Source of the DNA: Escherichia coli
GTDB taxonomy: Bacteria; Pseudomonadota; Gammaproteobacteria; Enterobacterales; Enterobacteriaceae
Strand: one strand, 5' to 3'
Length of the DNA stretch: 64,000 nt
Assembly: GCF_009931435.1 (NCBI RefSeq)
Contig: NZ_CP043414.1
Part shown: piece by piece, positions 1 through 10,482 of the stretch
How positions within the stretch are numbered: the stretch's first letter is position 1
Layout: each line of letters starts with the position of its first letter
Notes under the pieces: generated by a model
The model's database searches: none
What the model was told of the DNA's origin: nothing
Seen by the model: the letters and a program-made list of their open reading frames with translations, nothing else
Position numbers and translations under genes: made by a program

Positions 1-298
1 CGGGCAGGAAGGTCAGCATATCGTCCAGCACCGGGCGTTGGCTGGCGAATGAGATACCAAAGTCAAGATGCAGCGCTTTCCACAACCAGGTTCCGTACTG
101 CACGTACAACGGCTGATCCAGCCCCAGCATGGTGCGGGTAGAAGCCAGCATTTCCGGCGTCGGCGGTAGGTTAGACAGACGCAGATAATCGAGCGCCGGG
201 TCGCCGGTGCCGAGGCGCAGCATCAGAAAAATGATCACCGAGGCGGCGAGCACCATCGGGATCAGCAGCAGAAAGCGGCGTAATACATAACGCAACAT
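1..298 (-). CDS. nikB: nickel ABC transporter permease NikB, N-terminal ~99 codons (gene runs off the window start)
   Basis: ATG at 298-296 overlaps nikA stop (TAATG); translation [26 protein letters not shown]... is a DppB/NikB-type permease N-terminus; lies directly downstream of nikA. Confidence 0.85.
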   Translation of the reverse strand, partial: MLRYVLRRFLLLIPMVLAASVIIFLMLRLGTGDPALDYLRLSNLPPTPEMLASTRTMLGLDQPLYVQYGTWLWKALHLDFGISFASQRPVLDDMLTFLP

Positions 299-1872
299 TA
301 AGGTTTCACCGGTTTAATCTGTTCGAACGGGATTTCGGTGGCGATCGGCGCGTAGGGGATGTTACCCAGTTCCGGTTTTGAAACCACCATCATTGAGATA
401 TAGCTGATGGGCAGATAAACCGCCTCGTCATGCAGACGGGTCAGAATGTCGCGATACAGTGCCTGACGTTGGGTTTCGTCGTGTGTCGCCAGCACTTCGC
501 CAATCTCTTTATCAATCAGTGGCTTGTCGGCTAAACCTTGCTGTGCCTGGAAGTCAGCGTGCGACGGTACGCGCATTGAACTCAGGAAGGCGTGTGGATC
601 GTATGGCGCGCCCCAGGTACGGTGGAAAATCATGCCAAAACGACCGTCGCGCTGACGAGCATAGATACTGCTCTCTTCTTCGCCGATCAGCGTGACATCC
701 GCGCCAATCTGGCGCATATCAGCCTGAATGATTTCGGCCATTGATTTGCTTAACGCATCGGTGCCGATGAACGACAGTTCAATGCGCAGCGGCTGACCAT
801 TTTTCTCGCGGATGTCTTTGCCTGCGGGCAGCGTCCAGCCTGCTTGTTCCAGCAACGCTTTCGCTTTCTGCGGATCGTACTGGCGCGGTTTCAGGCCGAG
901 ATTGGCATAGGGCACGGAAGGGGCAAACAGGGTGTCGGCGACCTGCTGGGTGCCATACAACGCGTTATCGATCAGCGATTTTTTGTTTACCGCGTAATTG
1001 AGCGCTTCACGTACGGCCAGCTCGTTGGTGGGGGCTTTGGCAGTATTGAGCGCCAGCATCACGGTTTCGATCGGCTGTGACAGTTGGGTGTGGTAAGCCG
1101 GGTTCTGGCTAAAGCGGGCGAAGGTATCGAGCGGTAATAGCCCTTCATTACCGTATAGTAGATCGATATCGCCGGTTTCAAACGCTACTGCGCGGGTAGT
1201 CGGGTCTGGGATGACGTTAAAAGTGATCTTCTTAATCGCCGGCTTTTCGCCCCAGTAGTTTTCGTTACGGACGAAGACATCGTACTGATTCAGTTTCGAT
1301 TCCTGCAAAACCCACGGCCCGGTGCCAATCGGCGCTTTAATCCCATTCATGGTTTCATGGTTTTTAAACTGCGAAGGGGCGATAAAGCGGAAAGGACGGG
1401 GCAGGGCCAGTTCTTGCAGGAAAGGGTAGTAGGCGCTTTTCAGGGTGATTTGCAGCTCGGTTTTACTGAGAGCTTTGACATCAACAATCTGGTTTGCCAG
1501 CTCCAGCCAGGCGTGACGTTGACGGTTGTCGAGCACAGCGCGGAAGTTTTCTGCCGCGGCCTCTGCATCAAACGGTTCACCGTTAGAGAATTTCACATCA
1601 TCACGCAGGGTGAAGGTCCAGGTTTTGCCATCTTCTGAATGGGTCCAGCTTTTTGCCAGCCACGGGATCACCGAACCGTCTGCCTGATATTTCACCAGTG
1701 GTTCATAAACCATGCTCTGGGCGAACATCTGGTTGGGTGTGTAAAGGTGCGGGTTTAGTGGCCCGACATTCACCGGCCAGGCGGTGGTGATTTCATCTGG
1801 TGCAGCGGCATGGACGATAAAAGACGCACAAGCCAGCAGCGCAAATAGAGTGCGGCGTAGTGTGGAGAGCAT
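298..1872 (-). CDS. nikA: periplasmic nickel-binding protein NikA
   Basis: 524-aa ORF with signal peptide; sequence matches recalled E. coli NikA; NikR operator lies upstream. Confidence 0.95.
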   Translation of the reverse strand: MLSTLRRTLFALLACASFIVHAAAPDEITTAWPVNVGPLNPHLYTPNQMFAQSMVYEPLVKYQADGSVIPWLAKSWTHSEDGKTWTFTLRDDVKFSNGEPFDAEAAAENFRAVLDNRQRHAWLELANQIVDVKALSKTELQITLKSAYYPFLQELALPRPFRFIAPSQFKNHETMNGIKAPIGTGPWVLQESKLNQYDVFVRNENYWGEKPAIKKITFNVIPDPTTRAVAFETGDIDLLYGNEGLLPLDTFARFSQNPAYHTQLSQPIETVMLALNTAKAPTNELAVREALNYAVNKKSLIDNALYGTQQVADTLFAPSVPYANLGLKPRQYDPQKAKALLEQAGWTLPAGKDIREKNGQPLRIELSFIGTDALSKSMAEIIQADMRQIGADVTLIGEEESSIYARQRDGRFGMIFHRTWGAPYDPHAFLSSMRVPSHADFQAQQGLADKPLIDKEIGEVLATHDETQRQALYRDILTRLHDEAVYLPISYISMMVVSKPELGNIPYAPIATEIPFEQIKPVKP

Positions 1873-1909
1873 TGTAACCCCAATGGATTAAAATAGATGG
1901 CGGAAATAA

Positions 1910-1937
1910 GTATGACGATTTTAAGTATTCGTCATAC
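1910..1937 (-). promoter_or_regulatory. NikR operator in the nikA promoter (GTATGA-N16-TCATAC)
   Basis: Perfect inverted repeat GTATGA(1910-1915)-16 nt-TCATAC(1932-1937), 38-65 bp upstream of the nikA ATG; matches the published NikR operator architecture. Confidence 0.8.
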
Positions 1938-1982
1938 TGATAACCTGTTCTGGATCAATAGATGGGCAGTCGGATGGGCTGA

Positions 1983-2570
1983 TCAGTTAACTGAATCGAT
2001 CCATTGCACACTGTCGGCGGTGAGCGTAAAGGGAGTAGGGGTGCAGATCGCCAGACTTAAATTTTCAAGCTGACAATGGCTGACTGACAGCGAGGACTGA
2101 TAGGTGCTGTCTACGCTGACGATTTGCCAGGCGCTGCCGCCACGTTGTTTAACGATGGCTTCTTTGCGTGTCCAGATGCGCCAGAACATTTCCAGTTGCT
2201 GATCTGGATGCACGGCGTCCATCTCGGCATGTTCTCCGAGGCTGAACACCGCGTTCGCCAGCCAGCGCCAGTTGGCACGCGGGCGAATCACTTCGATATC
2301 GCAGCCGACTTCGCCCTCATCGCTCAACAGTAGGGCAATATCGTCACCGCTATGGCTTAAGTTGAACCATAGCGGCGTTTCCGATGCGAATGCGGGTTTG
2401 CCTTGTTCGCCGTAGATGATCTCAGGTAGCGGGGAAAGCGTGTGTGAAAGCAATGCACGCCCCGCCAGCCAGCGTTCGCGCCGTGGACCTTGCGGTGCTT
2501 TATCGCGTAAAGCCGGTGGCAGTGGAGCTGCGCTTAAGGTCGAAACTTTCCCCAGAACTATCCGATACAT
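1983..2570 (-). CDS. acpT: 4'-phosphopantetheinyl transferase AcpT
   Basis: 195-aa ORF matching recalled AcpT; conserved position next to nikA. Confidence 0.9.
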   Translation of the reverse strand: MYRIVLGKVSTLSAAPLPPALRDKAPQGPRRERWLAGRALLSHTLSPLPEIIYGEQGKPAFASETPLWFNLSHSGDDIALLLSDEGEVGCDIEVIRPRANWRWLANAVFSLGEHAEMDAVHPDQQLEMFWRIWTRKEAIVKQRGGSAWQIVSVDSTYQSSLSVSHCQLENLSLAICTPTPFTLTADSVQWIDSVN

Positions 2571-2624
2571 ATCAGGGCCAACGTTTAATGGAAAATGAAA
2601 GTGCGTATCGTATCACTTGTCGCC

Positions 2625-3674
2625 TCATCCCGGTAACCGACTTTTCGGTCTGCCCGGCCCCAGTAAGATCGCCAGTTTGCTGCCGCCTTTGGTGGTTTCC
2701 ATCCAGATTTTACACACGCTAGTTAATGGCACCGAAAGCAACATACCTACCGGGCCGAGCAGCCATCCCCAAATCAATAATGAAAGAAATACCACCATGG
2801 TGGACATCCCCAGGCGATGGCCCATCATTCGCGGTTCTAAAATATTGCCGATGACCATATGGACAACTAAAAACAATGCGCCGACCAGAATACATTCGTA
2901 AACGCCATTAAACAGCAGCACCTGAATCATTGGCGGTACGGCGGAAATTACCGCGCCGATATTGGGCACGTAGTTGAGCAAAAACGCCAGTACTGCCCAC
3001 ATCAGCGCAAACTGTACGCCCATAAGTTCCAGCCCCAGCCAGACGATAATGCCTGTCCATAAACTTAGCAGTGTCTTCAATGCAAGATAGTGCGAAACAC
3101 CTTTTAAGGCGCGGTGTAGTCCGGCGATGTGAATCTGTGGATTATTCAACGCAAAACGCATTTTGTAAGGGACGTGGCGCACTTCAAACAGCATGAAAAC
3201 TACGGTCATCACCAGCAAAAGCACGCTCGCCATTGCCCCGGAAAGCCCGGTCATTAGCGCCGTGGTGAAGGTAACCACTTTTTCCGAGTCCATCCGCTGC
3301 AGCATTCGCTCCGGCGACATATGCAAATTAAGAAAAGGCAACATCTCCTGCAATTTAAAAAGTTTGCGCGTCAGCTCCTTATTAAACTTCGGCAGCATAG
3401 AGATGAATTCGTTAAACGAAGCTGCCAGTACACCGACCAGCGCGGTTAGTGCGATCAGCATCACCACCACCACAATCGTAATTGCAACGGGGCGTTGTAC
3501 TCCGCGACGAATAAACCAGGTGACGAGCGGGTTGAGGACGATGGCAAAAAACAGCGCCAGTAACAGTTGCACAATGATATCTGCCGCTGCGTGAATTCCC
3601 GCGAGGATCACTACCAGCGAGGCCAGCTTGAGCAGAATGTGCATGCCCGTTTTATCGGGTTGAGGGGTTTCCAT
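2625..3674 (-). CDS. yhhT: AI-2E/PerM-family membrane transporter YhhT
   Basis: Track ORF 2625..3755; start moved to internal ATG (3674-3672) giving the 349-aa YhhT; polytopic membrane protein. Confidence 0.85.
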   Translation of the reverse strand: METPQPDKTGMHILLKLASLVVILAGIHAAADIIVQLLLALFFAIVLNPLVTWFIRRGVQRPVAITIVVVVMLIALTALVGVLAASFNEFISMLPKFNKELTRKLFKLQEMLPFLNLHMSPERMLQRMDSEKVVTFTTALMTGLSGAMASVLLLVMTVVFMLFEVRHVPYKMRFALNNPQIHIAGLHRALKGVSHYLALKTLLSLWTGIIVWLGLELMGVQFALMWAVLAFLLNYVPNIGAVISAVPPMIQVLLFNGVYECILVGALFLVVHMVIGNILEPRMMGHRLGMSTMVVFLSLLIWGWLLGPVGMLLSVPLTSVCKIWMETTKGGSKLAILLGPGRPKSRLPG

Positions 3675-3805
3675 TGGGGCTTCCTTGTGACTTTTTGTAT
3701 TAAGTGTAGCGGGAGTCACGCCAGCAATATTCTGATTCTTCCTGCTGATTTTCACGTCAGCACGTGGTAAAAATGAAACACTGTTGTAAAAATGTGGTGA
3801 TCCTC

Positions 3806-5023
3806 ATGCCCGAACCCGTAGCCGAACCCGCGCTAAACGGATTGCGCCTGAATTTGCGCATTGTCTCCATTGTCATGTTTAACTTCGCCAGCTACCTCAC
3901 CATCGGGTTGCCGCTCGCTGTATTACCGGGCTATGTCCATGATGTGATGGGCTTTAGCGCTTTCTGGGCAGGATTGGTTATCAGCCTGCAATATTTCGCC
4001 ACCTTGCTGAGCCGCCCTCATGCCGGACGTTACGCCGATTTGCTGGGACCCAAAAAGATTGTCGTCTTCGGTTTATGCGGCTGCTTTTTGAGCGGTTTGG
4101 GGTATCTGACGGCAGGGTTAACCGCCAGTCTGCCCGTCATCAGCCTGTTATTACTGTGCCTGGGGCGCGTGATCCTTGGGATTGGGCAAAGTTTTGCCGG
4201 AACGGGATCGACCCTATGGGGCGTTGGCGTGGTTGGTTCGCTGCATATCGGGCGGGTGATTTCGTGGAACGGCATTGTCACTTACGGGGCGATGGCAATG
4301 GGCGCGCCGTTAGGTGTGGTGTTTTATCACTGGGGCGGCTTGCAGGCGTTAGCGTTAATCATTATGGGTGTGGCGCTGGTGGCCATTTTGTTAGCGATCC
4401 CGCGTCCGACGGTAAAAGCCAGCAAAGGCAAACCGCTGCCGTTTCGCGCGGTGCTTGGGCGTGTCTGGTTATACGGCATGGCGCTGGCGTTGGCTTCTGC
4501 CGGATTTGGCGTTATCGCCACCTTTATCACATTGTTTTATGACGCTAAAGGCTGGGACGGTGCGGCTTTTGCGCTGACGCTGTTTAGCTGTGCGTTTGTC
4601 GGTACGCGTTTGTTATTTCCTAACGGCATTAACCGTATCGGCGGCTTAAATGTGGCGATGCTCTGCTTTAGCGTTGAGATTATTGGCCTGCTGTTGGTCG
4701 GCGTGGCGACCATGCCGTGGATGGCGAAAATTGGCGTCTTACTGGCAGGGGCGGGGTTTTCGCTGGTGTTCCCGGCGCTTGGTGTGGTGGCGGTCAAAGC
4801 AGTGCCGCAGCAGAATCAGGGGGCGGCGCTGGCAACTTACACCGTATTTATGGATTTATCGCTTGGCGTGACCGGACCACTGGCTGGGCTGGTGATGAGT
4901 TGGGCGGGCGTCCCGGTGATTTATCTGGCGGCGGCGGGACTGGTCGCAATCGCGTTATTACTGACGTGGCGATTAAAAAAACGGCCTCCGGTGGAAGTAC
5001 CTGAGGCCATCTCATCATCTTAA
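3806..5023 (+). CDS. yhhS: MFS transporter YhhS
   Basis: Track ORF begins at GTG 3764; ATG at 3806 gives MPEPVAEPALNG..., the 405-aa YhhS. Confidence 0.85.
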   Translation: MPEPVAEPALNGLRLNLRIVSIVMFNFASYLTIGLPLAVLPGYVHDVMGFSAFWAGLVISLQYFATLLSRPHAGRYADLLGPKKIVVFGLCGCFLSGLGYLTAGLTASLPVISLLLLCLGRVILGIGQSFAGTGSTLWGVGVVGSLHIGRVISWNGIVTYGAMAMGAPLGVVFYHWGGLQALALIIMGVALVAILLAIPRPTVKASKGKPLPFRAVLGRVWLYGMALALASAGFGVIATFITLFYDAKGWDGAAFALTLFSCAFVGTRLLFPNGINRIGGLNVAMLCFSVEIIGLLLVGVATMPWMAKIGVLLAGAGFSLVFPALGVVAVKAVPQQNQGAALATYTVFMDLSLGVTGPLAGLVMSWAGVPVIYLAAAGLVAIALLLTWRLKKRPPVEVPEAISSS

Positions 5024-5026
5024 AAC

Positions 5027-5584
5027 TTACTGAATAACCAGCGTATTAATGATGTTTTCTGCGGTGGTCTGTGCTTTTTGCTGATCGTCAGCTGGCAGCG
5101 TAATTTGCATGGTCAGCAGTTGATTACCCACGTTACCCAGAATAACGGAAGAGTACGCCGTCTGGCCTTTCGCGGAGATAATGCTGTCTAACTGCTGCAT
5201 TTTGTGACCTTTCAGCTCAATGGCTTTATTGGTTACCACTTGCAGCTGCGGATCGCGGCTACGTTGCTGATCTTCCAGGCGCTTCGCCAGCACCGCCAGA
5301 TCTTCTTTCGGATCATCGCCCATGATGACGATGACTGCTTTTTGCCCGGTGGCGTCGGACCAGACATGCATGTTATTAGCCTGCGTTCCCAGCTTACCGC
5401 TCTGGTCGGTCATATCCGCTGGCAGCGAGAAACTTAACTTGCCATCAAGCAGGTTGACGGGATTCCCGGTAGCGTTACTTTCCGCGACCGAACCCTGCGC
5501 CGTAGCGTTAGTGTTTTTATCATCACAGGCCGCAAGCCCCATAACCAGCAGGCCAATTCCGACATATTTAACCAGATTGCGCAT
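5027..5584 (-). CDS. dcrB: periplasmic lipoprotein DcrB
   Basis: Start [20 protein letters not shown] has a lipobox; 185 aa; matches DcrB. Confidence 0.85.
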   Translation of the reverse strand: MRNLVKYVGIGLLVMGLAACDDKNTNATAQGSVAESNATGNPVNLLDGKLSFSLPADMTDQSGKLGTQANNMHVWSDATGQKAVIVIMGDDPKEDLAVLAKRLEDQQRSRDPQLQVVTNKAIELKGHKMQQLDSIISAKGQTAYSSVILGNVGNQLLTMQITLPADDQQKAQTTAENIINTLVIQ

Positions 5585-5656
5585 TGACTTCTTCCTTTCG
5601 ATAAACGGCCATAACGGCTCATTCATCCATCTTATCACAACTCTGATAACGAACCT

Positions 5657-6322
5657 TTAACTCGCCTGCAAAGCGTTGATTTCGGATTTATCTGCCAGTC
5701 TTTTCAACAGCATATTGAGTAATACGCCATACATTGGCAGGAAGAAAACGATACTGATTAACACTTTGAAACAGTAATCGACCAGCGCGATTTCCATCCA
5801 GTGTTCAGCCATAAAGGCATCTGGGCTGCGCCAGAAGGCAATGAAGAAGAAGGCCAGCGTGTCGCTGACGTTCCCAAACAGGGTGGAAGCCGTCGGTGCC
5901 AGCCACCAGCGACGACTCTGACGCAGGCGGTTAAAAACGTGCACGTCGAGGATTTGCCCCAGCGCGTAGGCCATGAAACTGGCGGTGGCGATACGGGCGA
6001 CAAACAGGTTGAAGTGGGCGAGCGCGCCGAACCCCTGCCATGAACCCATATAGAACAGCGACGAGATGACGTAGGAGATCAGCAATGCGGGGATCATCAC
6101 CGCAAAGATGATGCGACGAGCCAGCGGCGCGCCAAAAATACGCACAGTCAGGTCGGTAGCAAGGAAAATAAACGGAAAGCTAAACGCGCCCCAGGTGGTA
6201 TGGAAACCAAAAATGGATACGGGAAGCTGAACCAGATAGTTACTGGAGGTGATCACCAACAGATGAAATAACGATAACCAGAACAACGCCTTATAGCGTT
6301 GAGTTTGCGAGAAAACGTTCAT
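5657..6322 (-). CDS. yhhQ: queuosine-precursor transporter YhhQ
   Basis: 221-aa polytopic membrane ORF matching YhhQ. Confidence 0.9.
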   Translation of the reverse strand: MNVFSQTQRYKALFWLSLFHLLVITSSNYLVQLPVSIFGFHTTWGAFSFPFIFLATDLTVRIFGAPLARRIIFAVMIPALLISYVISSLFYMGSWQGFGALAHFNLFVARIATASFMAYALGQILDVHVFNRLRQSRRWWLAPTASTLFGNVSDTLAFFFIAFWRSPDAFMAEHWMEIALVDYCFKVLISIVFFLPMYGVLLNMLLKRLADKSEINALQAS

Positions 6323-6542
6323 ATTGTACCTTTTTGATTAACCATTGGGGTGAGGGAACCCAATACGTACGACACGTCTGTTACCTTAACATAATAACGT
6401 GCTGACCCTTTTTTCGAGCCGCCGCATGATACTGCTTTACGTTGACAATGCAATGGTTAATTTTCACGCAATCGTTAACCTGGTTTGCTTACGGACTCAC
6501 AGGGCGTAAACTAGCGCCGTTTTTTTATGTGATGAGAAGAAA

Positions 6543-6788
6543 ATGACCGATCTCTTTTCCAGCCCTGACCACACACTCGACGCACTTGGCCTGCGCTGCC
6601 CGGAACCAGTAATGATGGTGCGCAAAACTGTGCGCAATATGCAGCCAGGTGAAACGTTGCTGATTATTGCTGACGATCCGGCGACGACACGCGATATTCC
6701 TGGGTTTTGTACCTTTATGGAACACGAACTGGTTGCGAAAGAGACCGATGGACTGCCTTATCGTTATTTGATTCGCAAATCGGGGTAA
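6543..6788 (+). CDS. tusA: sulfur carrier protein TusA
   Basis: 81-aa ORF with the conserved [11 protein letters not shown] motif; matches TusA. Confidence 0.95.
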
Positions 6789-6843
6789 GGTGGATCAGGC
6801 TAGCGGACCGATCGCGCTCAATTTTGCGGCTTGAAACCGGTTT

Positions 6844-7079
6844 GTAGGACGGATAAGGCGTTCAAGCTGCATCTGGCGATACGGTGCACAATGCCTGATG
6901 CGACGCTGTCGCGTCTTATCATGCCTACGAGTTCTATGCTCTGTGTAGGACGGATAAGGCGTTCACGCCGCATCCGGCGGTTGTGTGTGGATGCCTGATG
7001 CGACGCTGTCGCGTCTTATCATGCCTACGAGTTCAATGCCCTGTGTAGGCCAGATAAGGCGTTTACGCCGCATCCGGCA
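6844..7079. repeat. BIME cluster of five REP units in alternating orientation
   Basis: GTAGGACGGATAAGGCGTTCA..GCATC.GGCG and its inverted partner GCCTGATGCGACGCTGTCGCGTCTTATCATGCCTAC recur with ~100-bp periodicity (units start near 6844, 6893, 6946, 6993, 7045). Confidence 0.8.
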
Positions 7080-7102
7080 CGCAAACGTAATGGAATGCAC
7101 AA

Positions 7103-7411
7103 ATGGATTATTTAATTCCAGTTTGTCTGGCATTGCTGGGATTGCTCGCGATCTTCACCCCCAATTGGCTGATCCCTGTTTTTATCGTCGTGGGGGGATG
7201 GCTGGGGGTACTTGCCTGGGGTTGGCTCTGGCTAATGATTTTTTTACCTTTACTTAACGGTGTCGGGCTTGCTTATGCCCTGTGGTTGATGTTCAAAAGG
7301 CCATCCATAGCATCCCGCCTGGTTGCTGCATGCTGTGTTATCTCCGTCATTCTGATGTTAGCGCTTTATTATGCTTTCCTGACTATGCCGCCGTTCCCGC
7401 CTCAGCACTAA
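7103..7411 (+). CDS. hypothetical small membrane protein (102 aa, about 3 predicted TM segments), unnamed
   Basis: ORF with strongly hydrophobic, Trp/Leu-rich, CTG-biased coding; weak GGAA upstream of ATG; followed by a 10-bp-stem hairpin; no match recalled to a named K-12 gene. Confidence 0.45.
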   Translation: MDYLIPVCLALLGLLAIFTPNWLIPVFIVVGGWLGVLAWGWLWLMIFLPLLNGVGLAYALWLMFKRPSIASRLVAACCVISVILMLALYYAFLTMPPFPPQH

Positions 7412-7436
7412 GCCTGATAGCCAGAGGCTATCAGGC
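7412..7436. terminator. bidirectional hairpin between the 102-aa ORF and convergent zntA
   Basis: GCCTGATAGC-CAGAG-GCTATCAGGC, perfect 10-bp stem, flanked by T-rich sequence on the + strand and lying 8 bp downstream of the zntA stop. Confidence 0.6.
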
Positions 7437-7443
7437 AACACTT

Positions 7444-9642
7444 TTACTTCCTGCGCAACAATCTTAACGCATTCGCTGTTACCAGCACCGTCGCACCCGT
7501 ATCTGCCAGCACCGCCAGCCATAGTCCGGTCATCCCTAACAGCGTTGTGACGAGGAAGATCCCTTTCAGCCCCAGCGCAATGGTGATGTTCTGGCGGATG
7601 TTGGCGTGAGTGGCGCGTGCCAGTTCAATCATCTGCGCCAGGCCGCGCAGGTGGTTATGGGTTAATGCTGCGTCGGCGGTTTCCAGCGCCACATCTGTGC
7701 CACTGCCCATTGCAATTCCTATGGCGGCAGCTTTCATGGCGGGCGCGTCGTTAATACCGTCACCGACCATCGCCAGAGGCGCATGTTGATTCAGCTCGGT
7801 CACCGCTTTGACTTTATCTTCTGGTAATAGGCCCGCTTTAAATTCCAGCCCCAGTTCACCGGCGATTGCCGCCGCTGCGCGTGGATTATCGCCAGTGAGG
7901 ATCACCCCTTTGACACCCAGGGCGCTCAGTTCGCTGATGGCAGTTGCGGCGTCGGCGCGCAGGGTATCCTGCAATGCAATTACGCCAAGCACGTCATCGT
8001 TACGCACCACCAGTACTACCGTTTGCCCGGCGCTTTCCAGTTCGTTAATTAAACCAGCAAATGCAACAGCCGGATGTTTTCCGGCAGCGCATATCAACAC
8101 GCGCTCGCCGTTAATCAGTGCTTCAATACCAGACCCGACCAGCGCCCGCTGTGATTCGGCGGCGGGAATGGCGAGTTCAGCAACCTGTGCTTCGCGTACG
8201 ATGGCTTGCGCCAATGGATGCGTCGCGCCTTGCTCGACCGCCGCTGCCAGTGTCAGCAGTTCAGATTCACTAATACCCGTTGCCGGATGAATCGCGGTAA
8301 CGCGCGGTTTACCGACGGTCAGCGTACCGGTTTTATCAAACGCCACCTGGGTAACACGACCTAGTTGTTCCAGCGCCGCACCGCCTTTAATCAACGCCCC
8401 ACGACGCGCTGCGGCTGCCAGCCCGGAGGTGATCGCCGCAGGTGTTGAGATCACCAGCGCACACGGGCAGCCAATCAGCAGCAGCGTCAGCCCTTTATAA
8501 ATCCACTCCTGCCAGCTTGCGGCAAACAGCAGCGGCGGCACCAGCGTCACCAGCAGGGCGACGGCCATAATCGCTGGCGTGTAAATACGGCTGAAACGGT
8601 CGATAAACCGCTCAATCGGTGCGCGGCGCTCTTCAGCTTCTTCGATCAGTTTCAGAATCCGGTCAATGGCGCTGGCACCCGGTTCTGACAGCACTTCCAG
8701 CGTTACCAGACGGTCTACGCTGGTGGCGCCTGCAGGAACTTTATCACCCGTCGCGCGTTCCACCGGAATGGATTCGCCGGTCAGGGCGCTTTCATCAAAA
8801 CTGGCAAAGGGCGAGAGCAGTTTACCGTCGGCAGGTAAACGCCCACCTGCCGCAACTTCGATAACATCGCCCGGACGCAGGCTGTTAATTGCTACCTCTT
8901 CACGCTTGCCATTACGCAGGCGCGTGGCGGTTTCCGGTTTCAGCGCCATTAACGCGCTGACCCCTTGACGCGCGCGGCTGGCGGCCCAGCCTTCCAGTCG
9001 TTCACCAATCAAAAACAGCAGCAACACCATCGCAGCTTCAGCCGTTGCGCCAATAAACAGCGCACCAATAGCGGCTACGCTCATTAAGGTTTCAATAGCG
9101 AAGTAGCTGCCGGATTTGATCAGCCGTAATGCCTGACGAGCAATCGGGTACAGCCCAACCAGCGTGGTCGCGATAAACGCCAGTTGACCGAACGGATGAT
9201 TAAACTGCTCCAGACCCCAGCTGATTGCCATCAACACGATTAGCGTAATCAGCGGCAGATTCTCTTTCAGGCGTGATTCTTGTTGTTCGTCGGCGGACTG
9301 TTCATCGCGCAGGGAATAGCCCGCTTTTTGCACCGCAGATTCAACTTGTGCACGGATGTCATTGTCGGCATCAACCACCAGTTTTTCGGTGGCGAACAGC
9401 ACCTGCACCTGATTCACGCCTGCAAGCTGGCGCACGGCATTTTCTACCTTGCGCGCGCAGGCGGCGCAGTCCATGCCGCTGACTTTCCAGCTATAGCGGG
9501 TGCCGGAGACGTTTTCAGAGAGCGTTGGCGTGCTGGAACATGCGCCGTCGCAGCAACAGTCGTTGACGTTCTGTACCGTGGTTAGCGGTTTGAACGCAGA
9601 AAATTGAGGGGCTTTCTTGCCGTGATTGTCAGGAGTCGACAT
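7444..9642 (-). CDS. zntA: Zn/Cd/Pb-exporting P-type ATPase ZntA
   Basis: 732-aa ORF with N-terminal metal-binding GMDCAAC, CPC motif and DKTGTLT phosphorylation motif. Confidence 0.95.
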   Translation of the reverse strand: MSTPDNHGKKAPQFSAFKPLTTVQNVNDCCCDGACSSTPTLSENVSGTRYSWKVSGMDCAACARKVENAVRQLAGVNQVQVLFATEKLVVDADNDIRAQVESAVQKAGYSLRDEQSADEQQESRLKENLPLITLIVLMAISWGLEQFNHPFGQLAFIATTLVGLYPIARQALRLIKSGSYFAIETLMSVAAIGALFIGATAEAAMVLLLFLIGERLEGWAASRARQGVSALMALKPETATRLRNGKREEVAINSLRPGDVIEVAAGGRLPADGKLLSPFASFDESALTGESIPVERATGDKVPAGATSVDRLVTLEVLSEPGASAIDRILKLIEEAEERRAPIERFIDRFSRIYTPAIMAVALLVTLVPPLLFAASWQEWIYKGLTLLLIGCPCALVISTPAAITSGLAAAARRGALIKGGAALEQLGRVTQVAFDKTGTLTVGKPRVTAIHPATGISESELLTLAAAVEQGATHPLAQAIVREAQVAELAIPAAESQRALVGSGIEALINGERVLICAAGKHPAVAFAGLINELESAGQTVVLVVRNDDVLGVIALQDTLRADAATAISELSALGVKGVILTGDNPRAAAAIAGELGLEFKAGLLPEDKVKAVTELNQHAPLAMVGDGINDAPAMKAAAIGIAMGSGTDVALETADAALTHNHLRGLAQMIELARATHANIRQNITIALGLKGIFLVTTLLGMTGLWLAVLADTGATVLVTANALRLLRRK

Positions 9643-9677
9643 GGCATCCTCCGGTTAAGTTTTTTCTCATTAACCGA

Positions 9678-9709
9678 AGGATACACTCTGGAGTCGACTC
9701 CAGAGTCAA
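9678..9709 (-). promoter_or_regulatory. zntA promoter with ZntR (MerR-type) operator
   Basis: On the minus strand: -35 TTGACT, 20-bp spacer containing the perfect dyad ACTCTGGAGTC-GACTCCAGAGT (9685-9706), -10 TATCCT; the long spacer is the MerR-family hallmark. Confidence 0.85.
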
Positions 9710-9715
9710 GTTTTA

Positions 9716-10342
9716 TCAGAGATACAGCGAGCGGACGATGAGGAAATGTCCGGCAAAATAACAAGCGGCGGCAATCGCGTTATCCGCACGGAAGCGTCGG
9801 CGATAGTGGCTACCCAGCCAGACAAAGTTACTGATAAACAGCAACGAAGCGCCGACAAATGCAGAAAGTGCCGGAGCGGTTGGACGGAAGAACCACAGTT
9901 CACCTGCCAGCCATACCATCACCAGCGTCATGCCGATAAACGTGCAGATAGGCCAACGATACTCTTCCAGACGCGTCCAGATAATCGCCAGTAACAGCGC
10001 GCCCAGAACCAGCAATACCAGTGGCAGAGGCCAGAAGAAAGAGAGCGTCATCTGACTGGCGAAATAGATGGTGTAAAGCAGGTGCGAGAGGAAAAACGCG
10101 CCGATGGCGTACATCAGACGTTGACGTGGCAACAGGGTTAGCGCATCGCCCAGCAGTGAGGCGCACAGCCCCGCCAGCACCAGATAGCTAATGGCGTCGA
10201 ACATCGGCGCTTGCCATGCCAGTAACAGCAGGAGAAGAAGGGTTAACGGTTTAAACACCCAGCGTTGCCAGGTTGGCCCACGATACGATGCATCCACAGA
10301 TAGCCATGCGGAAAGACAGACTGCGATAAACGACCAAAGCAT
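9716..10342 (-). CDS. yhhN: YhhN-family membrane protein (lysoplasmalogenase-like)
   Basis: 208-aa polytopic membrane ORF matching YhhN; immediately upstream of zntA. Confidence 0.85.
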
Positions 10343-10482
10343 CTTAGTTCCTTGAATTCGTTATTTTTTCGTAAGCGGAATGCCTACGGTCTTGCTTCCA
10401 GTTTAGTGGCGAGGGTGGACGGATGACAACACCATAACTGGCAGGGTATGCTTATTTCCGCATTTTCCGATGAGGGATAAAG

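Noticed and set aside
1938-1990. Looked for an FNR box (TTGAT-N4-ATCAA) upstream of the nikA NikR operator
   Set aside because: Only partial half-site matches (e.g. TTGATCC); could not place a convincing site by eye, so none is reported.
6495-6527. Short hairpin plus T7 run (GGCG-TAAACTAG-CGCC TTTTTTT) about 20 bp upstream of tusA on the + strand
   Set aside because: Only a 4-bp stem, and no upstream + strand gene to terminate; more likely part of the AT-rich tusA promoter or leader. Could be revisited if transcript data show a short RNA.
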